Positions 1 to 8,709 of a DNA stretch of 17,725 nt are shown piece by piece. How positions within the stretch are numbered: the stretch's first letter is position 1; each line of letters opens with the position of its first letter. The stretch is from Thermoproteota archaeon. Lineage in GTDB: Archaea > Thermoproteota > EX4484-205 > JAAOZP01. Below the pieces are notes generated by a model, which did no database searches, had not been told where the DNA came from, and was given only the letters and a program-made list of their open reading frames with translations. Where the stretch lies: contig JBNAVT010000030.1 of the NCBI GenBank assembly GCA_049700215.1, forward strand, positions 1 through 17,725, in the 5' to 3' direction. The position numbers and the translations under genes are program-made.

Positions 1-2
1 CT

Positions 3-137
3 GAGGTTGCACAGTACATTAGCTTGCATGAGTTGAAGGAGACTATTGAGCCTAAGAACTACCTCGGTAAGAATATGGAACTAATAAGCAGGGCGGTTTC
101 TTACGCGAAGTCAAAGCTTGAGAAAGACACGGTTTAG
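3..137 (+). CDS. purB: 3' end (partial) of probable adenylosuccinate lyase
   Basis: Not in the ORF track. Frame 3 is open from the window edge to TAG 135-137 and reads EVAQYISLHELKETIEPKNYLGKNMELISRAVSYAKSKLEKDTV. The 'EL.E.(I/L).P.NYLG' pattern matches the C-terminal domain of adenylosuccinate lyase-family proteins. Only 44 aa are visible. Confidence 0.65.
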   Translation, partial: EVAQYISLHELKETIEPKNYLGKNMELISRAVSYAKSKLEKDTV

Positions 138-156
138 CGGAAGGTGCTGGAAGGAG

Positions 157-774
157 TTGAGCCTGAGCCACGGTGCTCTTGTAGAATCCATAAGGAGGGA
201 GGCTGAAAAACACTATTCCGACGATCCTTCCCATGATTGGCTTCATGCTGAAAGAGTCTGCAGGATGTGCGTGAGAATATGTGAGAAAGAGGGTGGGGAT
301 CCGAAGGTTCTTGTCGCGGCAGCGCTCCTCCACGATGTTGGGATGAAATACGAGTTGGAGCAGGGTGTTGAACATTCTGAGAAGAGTGTTGAAATCGCGA
401 AGGAAATTCTTTCTAGAATAGGTTTTCCAAGCGAGAAGGTTAGCATGGTTCTTGAAGCAATCAGGGCGCACAGGTTTAGAAAAGGCGTTAAGGCAGTTAG
501 CATAGAGTCTAAGATTCTTCAAGATGCTGATCGTTTAGACGCGATGGGCGCCATAGGCGTGGCTAGGACTTTCGCACATGGCGGCAGGAGAGGGATCCAG
601 ATGTATTCAAGTGGCAGAGGCACCGGCTCGACTATAGATCATTTCTACGAAAAGCTTCTTAAGCTGAAAAACAGTCTGAACACCGAAACCGCGAGGAGAA
701 TCGCGGAGGAAAGGCATGCGTTTATGGAAACGTTTCTTTCAAGGTTTCTGAAGGAGATTGAGGGAGAAGCGTAG
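157..774 (+). CDS. HD-domain metal-dependent phosphohydrolase (YedJ/YpgQ-like)
   Basis: Motifs HDWLHAERV, AALLHDVG, HSEKS, AHRF, LQDADRLDAMGAIGVARTF and HFYEKLLKL. Start moved from 118 (overlaps the purB end) to in-frame TTG 157, which follows AGGTG at 142-146. Confidence 0.9.
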   Translation: MSLSHGALVESIRREAEKHYSDDPSHDWLHAERVCRMCVRICEKEGGDPKVLVAAALLHDVGMKYELEQGVEHSEKSVEIAKEILSRIGFPSEKVSMVLEAIRAHRFRKGVKAVSIESKILQDADRLDAMGAIGVARTFAHGGRRGIQMYSSGRGTGSTIDHFYEKLLKLKNSLNTETARRIAEERHAFMETFLSRFLKEIEGEA

Positions 775-904
775 GTTCCCCCTTGTCTAGATGCTTAGAT
801 AACTCGCAGCTAGTTCCGTTCACCCTCCACTGCTTTTTACAGGATTATACTCCCGGCAAAGAGCATGTTTAAAAACTTCTTCTCACGGTTTCTCACCGGC
901 AGCC

Positions 905-1660
905 TTGCCTATACAGGTAGTCTTCATAGGGCCAGCGGGATCGGGAAAGACGACGCTTGTCAAAGCCTATGGAGACTGGCTCTCTAAAAGTGGCGGGAAG
1001 GTTTCTTTCATAAATCTTGATCCAGGTGTTGAGAAAACACCGTATCCTCCATCCTTCGACATACGTGTCTTCTTCACGGTTGATGAGATAATGAGGAGAG
1101 AATCACTCGGCCCCAACGGGGCTATGATAAGAGCAATGGATATTCTAGCTGAGAGAAGCGTGGAGTTCGCCTCCCAGATAAGTATGCTGGAGGGAGACTG
1201 CAGGCTTATAGACACGCCTGGTCAAAGCGAGCTTTTCGTTTTCAGAAGCGCCGGGCCGGAGATAGTGAGAGGGCTCTCCGCGGTCGATAGGACGATAGTG
1301 GTTTTCCTTATAGACGGCCAGCTCATATATTCTCCAAGCGACCTTATAGCGGTTTTTTCACTCGCAGCGGCCTGCAGGCTTAGGCTCAACGTGCCCTTCG
1401 TCCACGTTGTAACGAAGGCTGACGTTTTAAGCAGGAGCGACCTTGGAAAACTGATGCAGGAGCCGGAGTACCTGGAGGGGAGGATTGCGGAAGAAGAGGC
1501 TGGCCTCCTCCAGGAATACGTGTTGGAGTATTCCAAGATAGTTCACCCTCTTATAAGGAGGCAGAGGACGGTTCTGGTTTCAGCCTTATCCGGAGCTGGG
1601 CTGGACTTTATGGATTCTCTAATTCACGACGCTACGTGCGAGTGCGGAGATCTTCGCTGA
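905..1660 (+). CDS. GPN-loop GTPase (archaeal GPN/PAB0955 family)
   Basis: Walker A GPAGSGKT, NLDPG, the diagnostic LGPNG loop, DTPGQSE, G4-like TKAD and VSA. C-terminus ends CECGDLR. TTTAAAAA at 868-875 lies upstream. Confidence 0.93.
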   Translation: MPIQVVFIGPAGSGKTTLVKAYGDWLSKSGGKVSFINLDPGVEKTPYPPSFDIRVFFTVDEIMRRESLGPNGAMIRAMDILAERSVEFASQISMLEGDCRLIDTPGQSELFVFRSAGPEIVRGLSAVDRTIVVFLIDGQLIYSPSDLIAVFSLAAACRLRLNVPFVHVVTKADVLSRSDLGKLMQEPEYLEGRIAEEEAGLLQEYVLEYSKIVHPLIRRQRTVLVSALSGAGLDFMDSLIHDATCECGDLR

Positions 1661-2036
1661 GCTTTTTCTCATGTATTTTAACGAGCTCCTCATAGTATTC
1701 CCCTGAAGCGATAGCGTCTTCAATAAGCTTCATCACCAGGTATACCTCGGTGAAGAAAACAGTATCATCCGCCAGGAGAGCCCTGTTCTTCAACTCTCCC
1801 ACCCTGTGTAAGACGCTTAACCCGGCGTCCATCAGCGTGAATACGAGAACCGTGTGCTTCAACTCTTTTAGCGGGTCCCTGAAGCACTCCGCCAGGAGAA
1901 TAAGCCTGTTGCCAAGACTATTCATATCGTCGAGATTCATGTTCAAACCATCATCGATACACTTCTTCATAGAAACGTTTATCGGAGTCAAGGATCCCTG
2001 AATCTCGGAAAGAACCCTTCTCAAACCTTCCGTCAA
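1632..2036 (-). CDS. Hypothetical protein, probably helical (134 aa)
   Basis: Fills the gap between the GPN gene and tldD. Natural amphipathic composition; divergent from tldD; overlaps the GPN 3' end by 29 nt. No family recognised. Confidence 0.7.
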   Translation of the reverse strand: MTEGLRRVLSEIQGSLTPINVSMKKCIDDGLNMNLDDMNSLGNRLILLAECFRDPLKELKHTVLVFTLMDAGLSVLHRVGELKNRALLADDTVFFTEVYLVMKLIEDAIASGEYYEELVKIHEKKLSEDLRTRT

Positions 2037-2131
2037 GCCTTAGCAGTAATATTTGGCTTTAAGCCCTAGATTAATTTTTCCCCAGGGTTTGAGAGAGGTT
2101 TATAAGTCTCTTCAACATGGTTAACAAAGGA

Positions 2132-3565
2132 ATGAACGATGTCTTCGAACTCTTGAAAAAGGTTCTCGACTATGCTGTTGCAGCAGGCGCCTCCTATGCT
2201 GAAGCAAGGTTCCACAGCGATTCTCACCGCGGAGTATCCCTTAGGAACGGGGGGGTGGAGGGCGTTATGGCGAGCTACGAGGTGGGAATGGGGATCAGGG
2301 TTCTGGTTAACGGTGGACTCGGCTTCGCCTCCACCAACATGCTTAAACCGGAAAACCTCACCAGGGTTGTGGATAAAGCGGTTAAAATGGCGCGGGCATC
2401 CTCATGCTTGAAGTCAAGCAGGATATGTTTCTCGGAGGAGGAGGCTTACTCGGTTGACTGGCGGGTCTCTGAGAAAAAGAGGCTTGAAGACTGGTCTTTA
2501 AGCGGCAAAATCGACTTCCTGAAAAACCTGGATAAGGCTGCGACAAGCCAGGGGGTTAACGTTTCATCAAGACACATAGGATACTCTGAGAGGAGGACTG
2601 AGAGGGTTTACGCGAACACGGAGGGCGCACTGGTCTCAGCAGTGGTTCCACGACCCTCGTTTTTCGCGCTGATAACCGTGACAGACCCTTCCAAGGGAGT
2701 TATACAGAGGACCATTCAATTCGGAGGGTCAGGCGGCGTAGAAATCGTCGAATCCTGGAAGCTTGAGGAGAAACTGGGTGCTGAGGTCAAGACTCTTCAC
2801 AAGATGCTTACAGAGTCTGTCAGAGCCCCGGAGGGAGTTATGGACGTTGTAGTCGGCAGCGAGGTCGCGGGAATAATTTCTCACGAGGCCTCGGGACACC
2901 CTGGGGAGGCGGATAGGATACTTGGAAGAGAGGGGGCTCAGGCTGGTGAATCCTACTTGAAAGCAGAAGACTTGGGCAGGAAAATAGGGAGCGAGGCTGT
3001 TAACGTGGTTGACGACCCCGCTATACCGGGGTCATACGGGTTCTATCTTTTCGACGACGAGGGTGTTAAGGCAAGGAGGAAATTCTTGATCAAGGAGGGG
3101 AGAATATGCGAGTTTCTCATGAACAGAGAGACTGCTGCGAGGCTCGGCGTTAAGAGTAATGGTTCAGCCAGGGCCTCAAGATACGGCGTGGAGCCGATAG
3201 TTAGAATGTCCAACACCTTCATTCTTCCTGGCGACCATAGTCTTGAAGAGCTTTTAAGCGACGTTGCTAAAGGCGTTTACGTGAAGAGCTTCATGGAGTG
3301 GAACATCGACGACAAAAGGTGGAACCAGCGGTACGTGGGGCTGGAAGCCTACATGATAGAGGAGGGTAGGATAACTAGGCCCGTGAGAAACCCTGTGATA
3401 GAGATAACTACTGAAAGGCTTTTCTCAAGCGTTGACGCGGTCGGGAAGGATTTGGATTTCGTCGCAGCGACCTGCGGAAAGGGAGACCCGATGCAGGGCA
3501 TGCCAGTATACATGGGTGGGGCGAGCTTCAGGATGAGGAACATCATGATCAGGGGGGTTGGTTAA
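2132..3565 (+). CDS. tldD: TldD-family metalloprotease, catalytic subunit
   Basis: GIRVLVNGGLGFAST, metal motif HEASGH..EAD, FDDEGV, RMSNT and C-terminal CGKG.P.Q. ATG 2132 is preferred over 2117 because TTTATAAG (2099-2106) lies 25 nt before it. Confidence 0.93.
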   Translation: MNDVFELLKKVLDYAVAAGASYAEARFHSDSHRGVSLRNGGVEGVMASYEVGMGIRVLVNGGLGFASTNMLKPENLTRVVDKAVKMARASSCLKSSRICFSEEEAYSVDWRVSEKKRLEDWSLSGKIDFLKNLDKAATSQGVNVSSRHIGYSERRTERVYANTEGALVSAVVPRPSFFALITVTDPSKGVIQRTIQFGGSGGVEIVESWKLEEKLGAEVKTLHKMLTESVRAPEGVMDVVVGSEVAGIISHEASGHPGEADRILGREGAQAGESYLKAEDLGRKIGSEAVNVVDDPAIPGSYGFYLFDDEGVKARRKFLIKEGRICEFLMNRETAARLGVKSNGSARASRYGVEPIVRMSNTFILPGDHSLEELLSDVAKGVYVKSFMEWNIDDKRWNQRYVGLEAYMIEEGRITRPVRNPVIEITTERLFSSVDAVGKDLDFVAATCGKGDPMQGMPVYMGGASFRMRNIMIRGVG

Positions 3566-3567
3566 AG

Positions 3568-4896
3568 ATGGTTGAGCTGCACGAGAAGGCTTTGAAAATG
3601 CTTGCCGACAGGGGTGTCGAGGAAGCTATAGTGACTCTTTACGAGTCTGAGGAAAACTCCGTGAGGTATGCTAACAACGAGCCTACTATAGCTCTTTCAG
3701 AGAACATCAGCACCCTGACGATATACAGCAGCATTAAGGAGAGGTGTTTCGCAGGGAGTTTTGAAAACGTGTCTGAGGATTTCCTGGAGAAGATCGTCGA
3801 CGACGTGGTGACCCTCACTAAAAACACTCCTCCAACACCTTTCTACGCGCCTCTTCCAAGGGGAGTATTCAACTACAGGGTTGGGAAGAGGGTGGAAAGG
3901 AGGATTAGACAGCTTGACGAGCAGCTTGTTTCACTTGTTTCCGAAGCCGTTAAGGCGAGCAGGGAGGCGGGTGCGGAGAGAAGCGCGGGAATACTCTACT
4001 CGAGCCACATGGTTGAGAAACTCGCGTCTTCAACAGGCTTAAGCCTTCAAGAAGAGTTTGCATCCCTCACGCTTAACCACCGCGCGTTCGCCAGCCCGGA
4101 GGCGACAGGACAATGGGTCTCATGCTCCACGAGCCTCGAAGGCTTCAACCCTTACGATGCAGGTAGGAAGGCTGGGGAAATAGCTGTGGCGAGCCTCAAC
4201 CCTGTTCTCATCGACGAGGGGGCTTACGATGTCTACATGGGGCCCCTAATATTTGCAAACATTATGAGCGAGGTAGCTGGCTTCGCCTCAGGCTTCCTCG
4301 TACAGATAGAAATGAGCTTCATGACAGGCAAGATTGGCCAGAAAATCGGCTCTGAGAAACTAACTATCCGCGACGACCCCACGATGCCAGGTGGGCTTGG
4401 CGAAAAGATTTTCGACGACGAGGGCATACCGACTCAGAAAACAATCATAATTGAAAACGGTATTCTCAGAAGCTACCTGCATAACAGCAGGACAGCCAAG
4501 ATCGCTGGAGCATCGTCAACCGGCAACGCTGGAATAATAAGGCCCCACCCGTGGAACATCGTGGTTGAACCCGGAAACACTAAGGAGGATAGTATGCTGC
4601 AGAAACTGGGGAAAGGACTATACCTAACCAACTCGTGGTACCAAAGGTATCAAAACTACAGGACTGGAGACTTTTCAACCATCGTGAGGGACGGAGCGTT
4701 CTACGTGGAGGACGGGGAGGTTAAGCACCCGGTTAAGGGGATTCGAATAAGCGACAACCTCCAGAGAATCATCTCAAACATTGAGGAGCTCTCTGACAGG
4801 CTTTACGGAATACGCTGGTGGGAAGTCAGTACCCCTACGTATGTTCCCACAGCAATAGTCAGGAACGTTAGAATAACCAAAGCCTTTGGTCAATAG
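3568..4896 (+). CDS. pmbA: TldE/PmbA-family non-catalytic partner subunit
   Basis: Starts 2 nt after the tldD stop. Has DDP...FDDEG.PT, IIENGIL.SYLHN..TA, STGNAG and TGDFS, and lacks HExxxH. Confidence 0.9.
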   Translation: MVELHEKALKMLADRGVEEAIVTLYESEENSVRYANNEPTIALSENISTLTIYSSIKERCFAGSFENVSEDFLEKIVDDVVTLTKNTPPTPFYAPLPRGVFNYRVGKRVERRIRQLDEQLVSLVSEAVKASREAGAERSAGILYSSHMVEKLASSTGLSLQEEFASLTLNHRAFASPEATGQWVSCSTSLEGFNPYDAGRKAGEIAVASLNPVLIDEGAYDVYMGPLIFANIMSEVAGFASGFLVQIEMSFMTGKIGQKIGSEKLTIRDDPTMPGGLGEKIFDDEGIPTQKTIIIENGILRSYLHNSRTAKIAGASSTGNAGIIRPHPWNIVVEPGNTKEDSMLQKLGKGLYLTNSWYQRYQNYRTGDFSTIVRDGAFYVEDGEVKHPVKGIRISDNLQRIISNIEELSDRLYGIRWWEVSTPTYVPTAIVRNVRITKAFGQ

Positions 4897-5036
4897 CTTA
4901 GATAGCGCGCGGCATTATCGTGACACCATTGGATTGATTGCGAAGAACCGGCTCTTCAACCGGCTTAAATGATCCAGTTCATTCTTCAGGATGCTTGTGA
5001 CCTTAGATAGGAAGTTAAAACTGTTATTACGTGCTT

Positions 5037-5408
5037 CTAGAGTGCCTCTTCCTCTATTCCCTTGCTCACCAAGAATTCGTTCATCATCTTCTTGCTCAAG
5101 ATCATCTCTCTGGCTTCGGCAATGGCATCGACCCTCCTCACGATCTCGTCGATCAATTGCTCATCGCTCATCCTCGTTGAGTCGAAGGTCGTCACGAAGC
5201 CTGATTCATAGTCTATTTCGAACTTAACATCGAGTTTATGCTTCTCGCTAACCCTCCTAGCTACTTCATCGGCCCACATGTGCTCCTTCTCGAAATCATA
5301 AAACGAAACTAGGATAGCTCTTATGCCGAGCTTGTTCCACTTAAGCCTTATTGGCTCCTCCAACCGGATCTCAGGTATAAAGCGGGGCAAATCAATAGCG
5401 GAGGGCAC
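5037..5408 (-). CDS. Hypothetical protein (123 aa), possibly the C-terminal part of a frameshifted gene
   Basis: Protein-like composition, GTG start with GGAG 4 nt upstream. The frame stays open upstream to about 5481, overlapping the Cys-rich ORF. Confidence 0.6.
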   Translation of the reverse strand: MPSAIDLPRFIPEIRLEEPIRLKWNKLGIRAILVSFYDFEKEHMWADEVARRVSEKHKLDVKFEIDYESGFVTTFDSTRMSDEQLIDEIVRRVDAIAEAREMILSKKMMNEFLVSKGIEEEAL

Positions 5409-5422
5409 TATGCTCCAAGGCT

Positions 5423-5662
5423 CTAAAAGGGTGCGGAGCTCGCGAAGCTGTCCGCCTTCGGCGGCGAGTAAGAACCGGATTTAACACAGACTGAGGCGTA
5501 AACACAGGTCTTGCAGCTCACCGTGAGGTCCCTTACCCTCAAGCCCCTGGAGACGCACAGGTTAACAAGACAGGCATCCATCCTCGAAGGAGTGCAGCCG
5601 CCGCATAATTGGTATAGTTCACAACCCCTGCATGGCTTCCAGCATCGTCCAACTCCACCCAT
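5423..5662 (-). CDS. Small Cys-rich metal-binding protein (DUF3795-like pattern)
   Basis: 10 Cys within residues 7-59: C-x3-C-x2-C-x5-C-x2-C-x7-C-x4-C-x13-C-x2-C-x5-C. TATA-like GTTAAATA on the minus strand at 5692-5699. Confidence 0.7.
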   Translation of the reverse strand: MGGVGRCWKPCRGCELYQLCGGCTPSRMDACLVNLCVSRGLRVRDLTVSCKTCVYASVCVKSGSYSPPKADSFASSAPF

Positions 5663-5719
5663 CGGTTTACATAAATATAGTGCTAAGGAGATATTTAACT
5701 AAAACCCTTGAGTATTAGC

Positions 5720-6838
5720 CTAGATCAACCCGGTTATTATCGCGACGCCTACTATTAAGAGTAGGACGCCTGCCAGGAGTCTCATGTATCTCCTTTTCTC
5801 AATCCTCCAAGCGTCGATCTCAATCACGCTTCTGCCGAAGTATACTGTTAGGAGTATTGCTACGAGCGGTAGTATGAATACCAGATTGTAAAGGAGGAGT
5901 AGGAGGAATACTTCAAGCGTCAAGCCTATTTCAGAAAGCAGGTATAGTATTGTTATGTATATTCCTCCTGTACACGGGAGTTCAACCATTGAGACCGCCA
6001 TGCCGACTAGAAAGCCTCCGCCAATGCTTATCGTCTCCGAATACTTGCCTAGGATTCTGGTTAGGGCTCCGGGCTGCTCAAGGCTGAAACCCCTTCCATA
6101 GTAGAAGAACTCTTTAAACTCTAGAATGCTGAACAGGATGGCTGCTGAACCAACCAAGTAGCGTAACAGGCTTCTGAACGAGGCTATGCTGATCACGTAC
6201 AGCAAGCCTATTCCTGCAGCCAAGTAGGACGCCATTACGCCCGTAATGAAGGCTACGCAAGTGGTCAGCATTCTTCTCGACGAGCCCGCTTGAAGAGAGT
6301 ATGTGATGAGTAGAATAATCGTTGCGAATGCGCATGGGTTCAACGAGTCTATGAGGGCTGCGACGATCACGCTGACCAGCGGGGGCAGGGTGACAGTAGG
6401 CTTATGCTGCTCAATAAAAGCCATTATTATTTCTCCAGCCTTATCGTGGTATTCACGGCCATGGCTGTACTCAAGTATGGTTTCCTCAAGGTTTTTAGTG
6501 ATCTCTTCCTCGCCAACCAGGCACGTGTCTCCTATGAAGACCATCGGAACCTCGCGAAGCTCCTCCGTTATGTTGAAGCCTTCGGTGAGAGCAATGAATA
6601 ACTCTATATTTGTATCGTTGCTGGATATGTCGAACCTTTTGAAAACTACTTCAGGATGCCTCGTCTTAATGCTGCTGATGTAGTCCTCAACCCTAGCGCA
6701 ATGCTCACACCCCTCGGCGACGAAGCAGTAGACAGTTATGGTTTGAGGCGTGGCGAAGACTGTTAGGCGAGCAGCCAATAGTAGAGCCGTTAAAACAGTC
6801 AGAAACACCGGAGGATTTAGGGAGGAAGAATGAGCCAA
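5720..6838 (-). CDS. Thioredoxin/glutaredoxin-like domain fused to a CcdA/DsbD-type transmembrane electron transporter
   Basis: N-terminal signal/TM segment, CEHC and cis-Pro motif VPMVFIG, then about 6 TM helices with the paired CcdA cysteines DSLNPCAF and VELPCTGG. Confidence 0.88.
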   Translation of the reverse strand: MAHSSSLNPPVFLTVLTALLLAARLTVFATPQTITVYCFVAEGCEHCARVEDYISSIKTRHPEVVFKRFDISSNDTNIELFIALTEGFNITEELREVPMVFIGDTCLVGEEEITKNLEETILEYSHGREYHDKAGEIIMAFIEQHKPTVTLPPLVSVIVAALIDSLNPCAFATIILLITYSLQAGSSRRMLTTCVAFITGVMASYLAAGIGLLYVISIASFRSLLRYLVGSAAILFSILEFKEFFYYGRGFSLEQPGALTRILGKYSETISIGGGFLVGMAVSMVELPCTGGIYITILYLLSEIGLTLEVFLLLLLYNLVFILPLVAILLTVYFGRSVIEIDAWRIEKRRYMRLLAGVLLLIVGVAIITGLI

Positions 6839-6849
6839 GATTAAGACCC

Positions 6850-7737
6850 TTATTTTAAAACGAATGTTTTAGTCACGTTTAGGCTCAACGTGTTGTATCG
6901 AACGACGCATGAAAGATTGTTCAGCCCGCTTGAAATCCCGTAGCAAGGCGAGCATGGAATATCGATGCTGAATGATTTAGAGTTGAAGCCTTTTTCAACA
7001 TTAACCTGTAGAACTCCAGACGGGTCAATCCATTTATTGTTCACAACATACCCTCTGTAACGGCTCTTAAAGCCAAATATTTCGATATTGATGCGGCCAA
7101 GCTTCTGACTGCTGAGCACAATTATCGTGAAGTTAACCTCGCCTTTAGACAACTGGTACTCTTCTCTATCAGTTAGAGCTGAGAGAACAATCGTCAAGTC
7201 TTCTTGAGAATAAATACTGGTGGTATAGGAGTTAAGCTTTGAAAGGTATTTGTTAGCACTCTCAACCGCCCCTATGATCTCTAAACATGTTTCAGCCAAG
7301 CTACGGTTTACGAGCCAGTAGGAGAAGAATTCTAAAACGCTTTGATTATAACTATTGCCATCAGCCATGTGGCTATACTTGTCGTCGAAGAGAAGAGCAC
7401 TACCATAATCAGCCGCGTCAACACGCTCCATTAGAAAAGAGATTCTTTCAAACCTCTGTTGCTCACGCAAATACTGGGTATAGTCTAGACTATTGTTTAG
7501 CAGCCAGTGTGAGAAGAAGCCTAGGACACTCCGGTTATATTCTCCATCAGAAGCCAGATAACCGTATTTCTCGTCGAACAGGGAAGCCTTAGCGTAATCA
7601 GTCGTGTTAGCATATTTCATGAGTGAAGAAATCCTCTCCGACCGTAAACGCTGCTCAGCATAGTATTGATAACCGAAATAACCCGCCGTGACCAATATGG
7701 TTACGATCGCCAGCGTGACTATGGTTCCATGCCGCAT
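6850..7737 (-). CDS. Membrane-anchored surface protein with internal 63-aa duplication and C-terminal CxxC
   Basis: Single N-terminal TM, many N-x-S/T sequons, repeat ERIS.LM...DY..A.LFD.KY...YN.SVL.FFS.WL.N.SL twice, and IPCSPCYG. ATG 7737 is preferred over 7761 from the TATA position (7764-7771, minus strand). Stop is 11 nt before the Trx-CcdA start. Confidence 0.82.
   Translation of the reverse strand: MRHGTIVTLAIVTILVTAGYFGYQYYAEQRLRSERISSLMKYANTTDYAKASLFDEKYGYLASDGEYNRSVLGFFSHWLLNNSLDYTQYLREQQRFERISFLMERVDAADYGSALLFDDKYSHMADGNSYNQSVLEFFSYWLVNRSLAETCLEIIGAVESANKYLSKLNSYTTSIYSQEDLTIVLSALTDREEYQLSKGEVNFTIIVLSSQKLGRINIEIFGFKSRYRGYVVNNKWIDPSGVLQVNVEKGFNSKSFSIDIPCSPCYGISSGLNNLSCVVRYNTLSLNVTKTFVLK
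7297..7644 (-). repeat. Intragenic tandem duplication, 189-nt period
   Basis: Residues 40-92 and 103-155 of the 303-aa ORF align without gaps at 29/53 identity (hand count). Confidence 0.9.
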
Positions 7738-7763
7738 TCCTCTCCTAAACATCTTCCACATGA

Positions 7764-7777
7764 ATTATAAACTTTTC
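7764..7777 (-). promoter_or_regulatory. BRE/TATA promoter for the surface protein and Trx-CcdA operon
   Basis: Minus strand reads GAAAAG-TTTATAAT, 26 nt before ATG 7737. Confidence 0.6.
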
Positions 7778-7827
7778 AAATTCCGCTCGAATTTTCTGGA
7801 GTCAAGCCTTATCTACACCCGTTTGTA

Positions 7828-7863
7828 TAAAGTTTAAATAATAGTTGGATAAAACACCCAAGT
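7828..7863 (+). promoter_or_regulatory. BRE/TATA promoter plus palindromic operator, copy 1
   Basis: TAAAG-TTTAAATA (TATA 7833-7840), a 4-nt gap, then TTGG-ataaaacac-CCAA (7845-7861). ATG follows at 7869. Confidence 0.78.
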
Positions 7864-7868
7864 ACCTA

Positions 7869-8423
7869 ATGACCCATACTCAGTCAAGGCTTCTAGCGAA
7901 AAGGGTTGCCATGCTAGCCGTATTGACGGCCCTAGCAATCTCCTCAAACTATGTTCTGATAAGCCTGCCAAACGTTAAGCTTATGGATGCGATAGTTTTC
8001 GCGTCAAGCATGGCTATGGGTTTAAAGTTTGGAGCAATACTCGCAACACTCATATGGATGGTCTACGGGACCTTGAACCCCTACGGGTTCAGCCTACCGA
8101 CGCTAATAGTCGTTACGCTCAGCGAAATGATATACGTATTGTCCTCAAAAATACCACCAGCATTAGGATTCAAGGCTGATGGAGTAAACATCCATAATTC
8201 TTTAGTTCTTGCTTCAATAGGGCTGTTTTCAACCCTGATATACGATCTTGCGACGAACGCCTTTGTAGGATACTTGTTCTATGGATCTGTTTTAATGGGG
8301 CTAGTCACGATGAACTTCCCCATCCCCATGGGTATTATTCACGAGCTTTCCAACGCATTATTCTTCCCGATCGCTGTACCAGTCATATACAGGGTTTTGA
8401 AAGGCGGTACCGCTGCTCCTTAA
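7869..8423 (+). CDS. ECF transporter S-component, CbrT-like (predicted cobalamin/corrinoid specificity)
   Basis: About 184 aa with roughly 6 hydrophobic helices. N-terminal 'VAMLAVLTALAI' followed by 'LPNVKL', the PNV signature I associate with CbrT-like S-components. A DUF4430 gene lies next to it. The ORF-track TTG start at 7845 falls inside the operator, so ATG 7869 is used. Confidence 0.8.
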   Translation: MTHTQSRLLAKRVAMLAVLTALAISSNYVLISLPNVKLMDAIVFASSMAMGLKFGAILATLIWMVYGTLNPYGFSLPTLIVVTLSEMIYVLSSKIPPALGFKADGVNIHNSLVLASIGLFSTLIYDLATNAFVGYLFYGSVLMGLVTMNFPIPMGIIHELSNALFFPIAVPVIYRVLKGGTAAP

Positions 8424-8473
8424 GAAATTGCTTACGTTGTAAAAACTTCATGAAAAATACGCGCCGGAGGAGA

Positions 8474-8620
8474 ATGAAAGAGGGGAAGAAACAAAGAGAA
8501 CTTTTTAGAGCACAGACAAAACAACCTTGTGCACTTGATAGGGACGCGCATCATGATTCATTGTATAGCGCGCGATTCGCTCGTGTTCCGAATATTTGGA
8601 GAATTCATAAAGCTTGGTAA
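8474..8620 (+). CDS. Possible 48-aa small ORF (doubtful)
   Basis: GGAGG at 8466-8470, then ATG 8474; reads MKEGKKQRELFRAQTKQPCALDRDAHHDSLYSARFARVPNIWRIHKAW. No recognisable motif, and the SD spacing is short. Confidence 0.15.
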   Translation: MKEGKKQRELFRAQTKQPCALDRDAHHDSLYSARFARVPNIWRIHKAW

Positions 8621-8709
8621 AGGCGCGCTCTTCCGTATGTCGCGCAAACCCAGTATTTCACAACCATGAATTTCAACTATAACTTTATATGCAACGCTCT
8701 TTTCTACCT

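Noticed and set aside
4914-5036. Further minus-strand open frame after the 123-aa ORF (ARNNSFNFLSKVTSILKNELDHLSRLKSRFFAINPMVSR)
   Set aside because: About 40 codons with no start or motif; consistent with chance.
5395-5431. RF2-like +1 frameshift at CCC TTT TAG
   Set aside because: The +1 frame stops after about 10 codons (…CGC TAT TGA). Only the -1 frame joins the next ORF, and no canonical in-frame X XXY YYZ heptamer is present.
2132-5662. TldD/E plus Cys-rich small ORF as a RiPP cluster
   Set aside because: The genes are convergent, there is no YcaO, radical SAM or exporter gene, tldD/E pairs are common housekeeping genes in archaea, and the Cys spacing fits a metal-binding domain.
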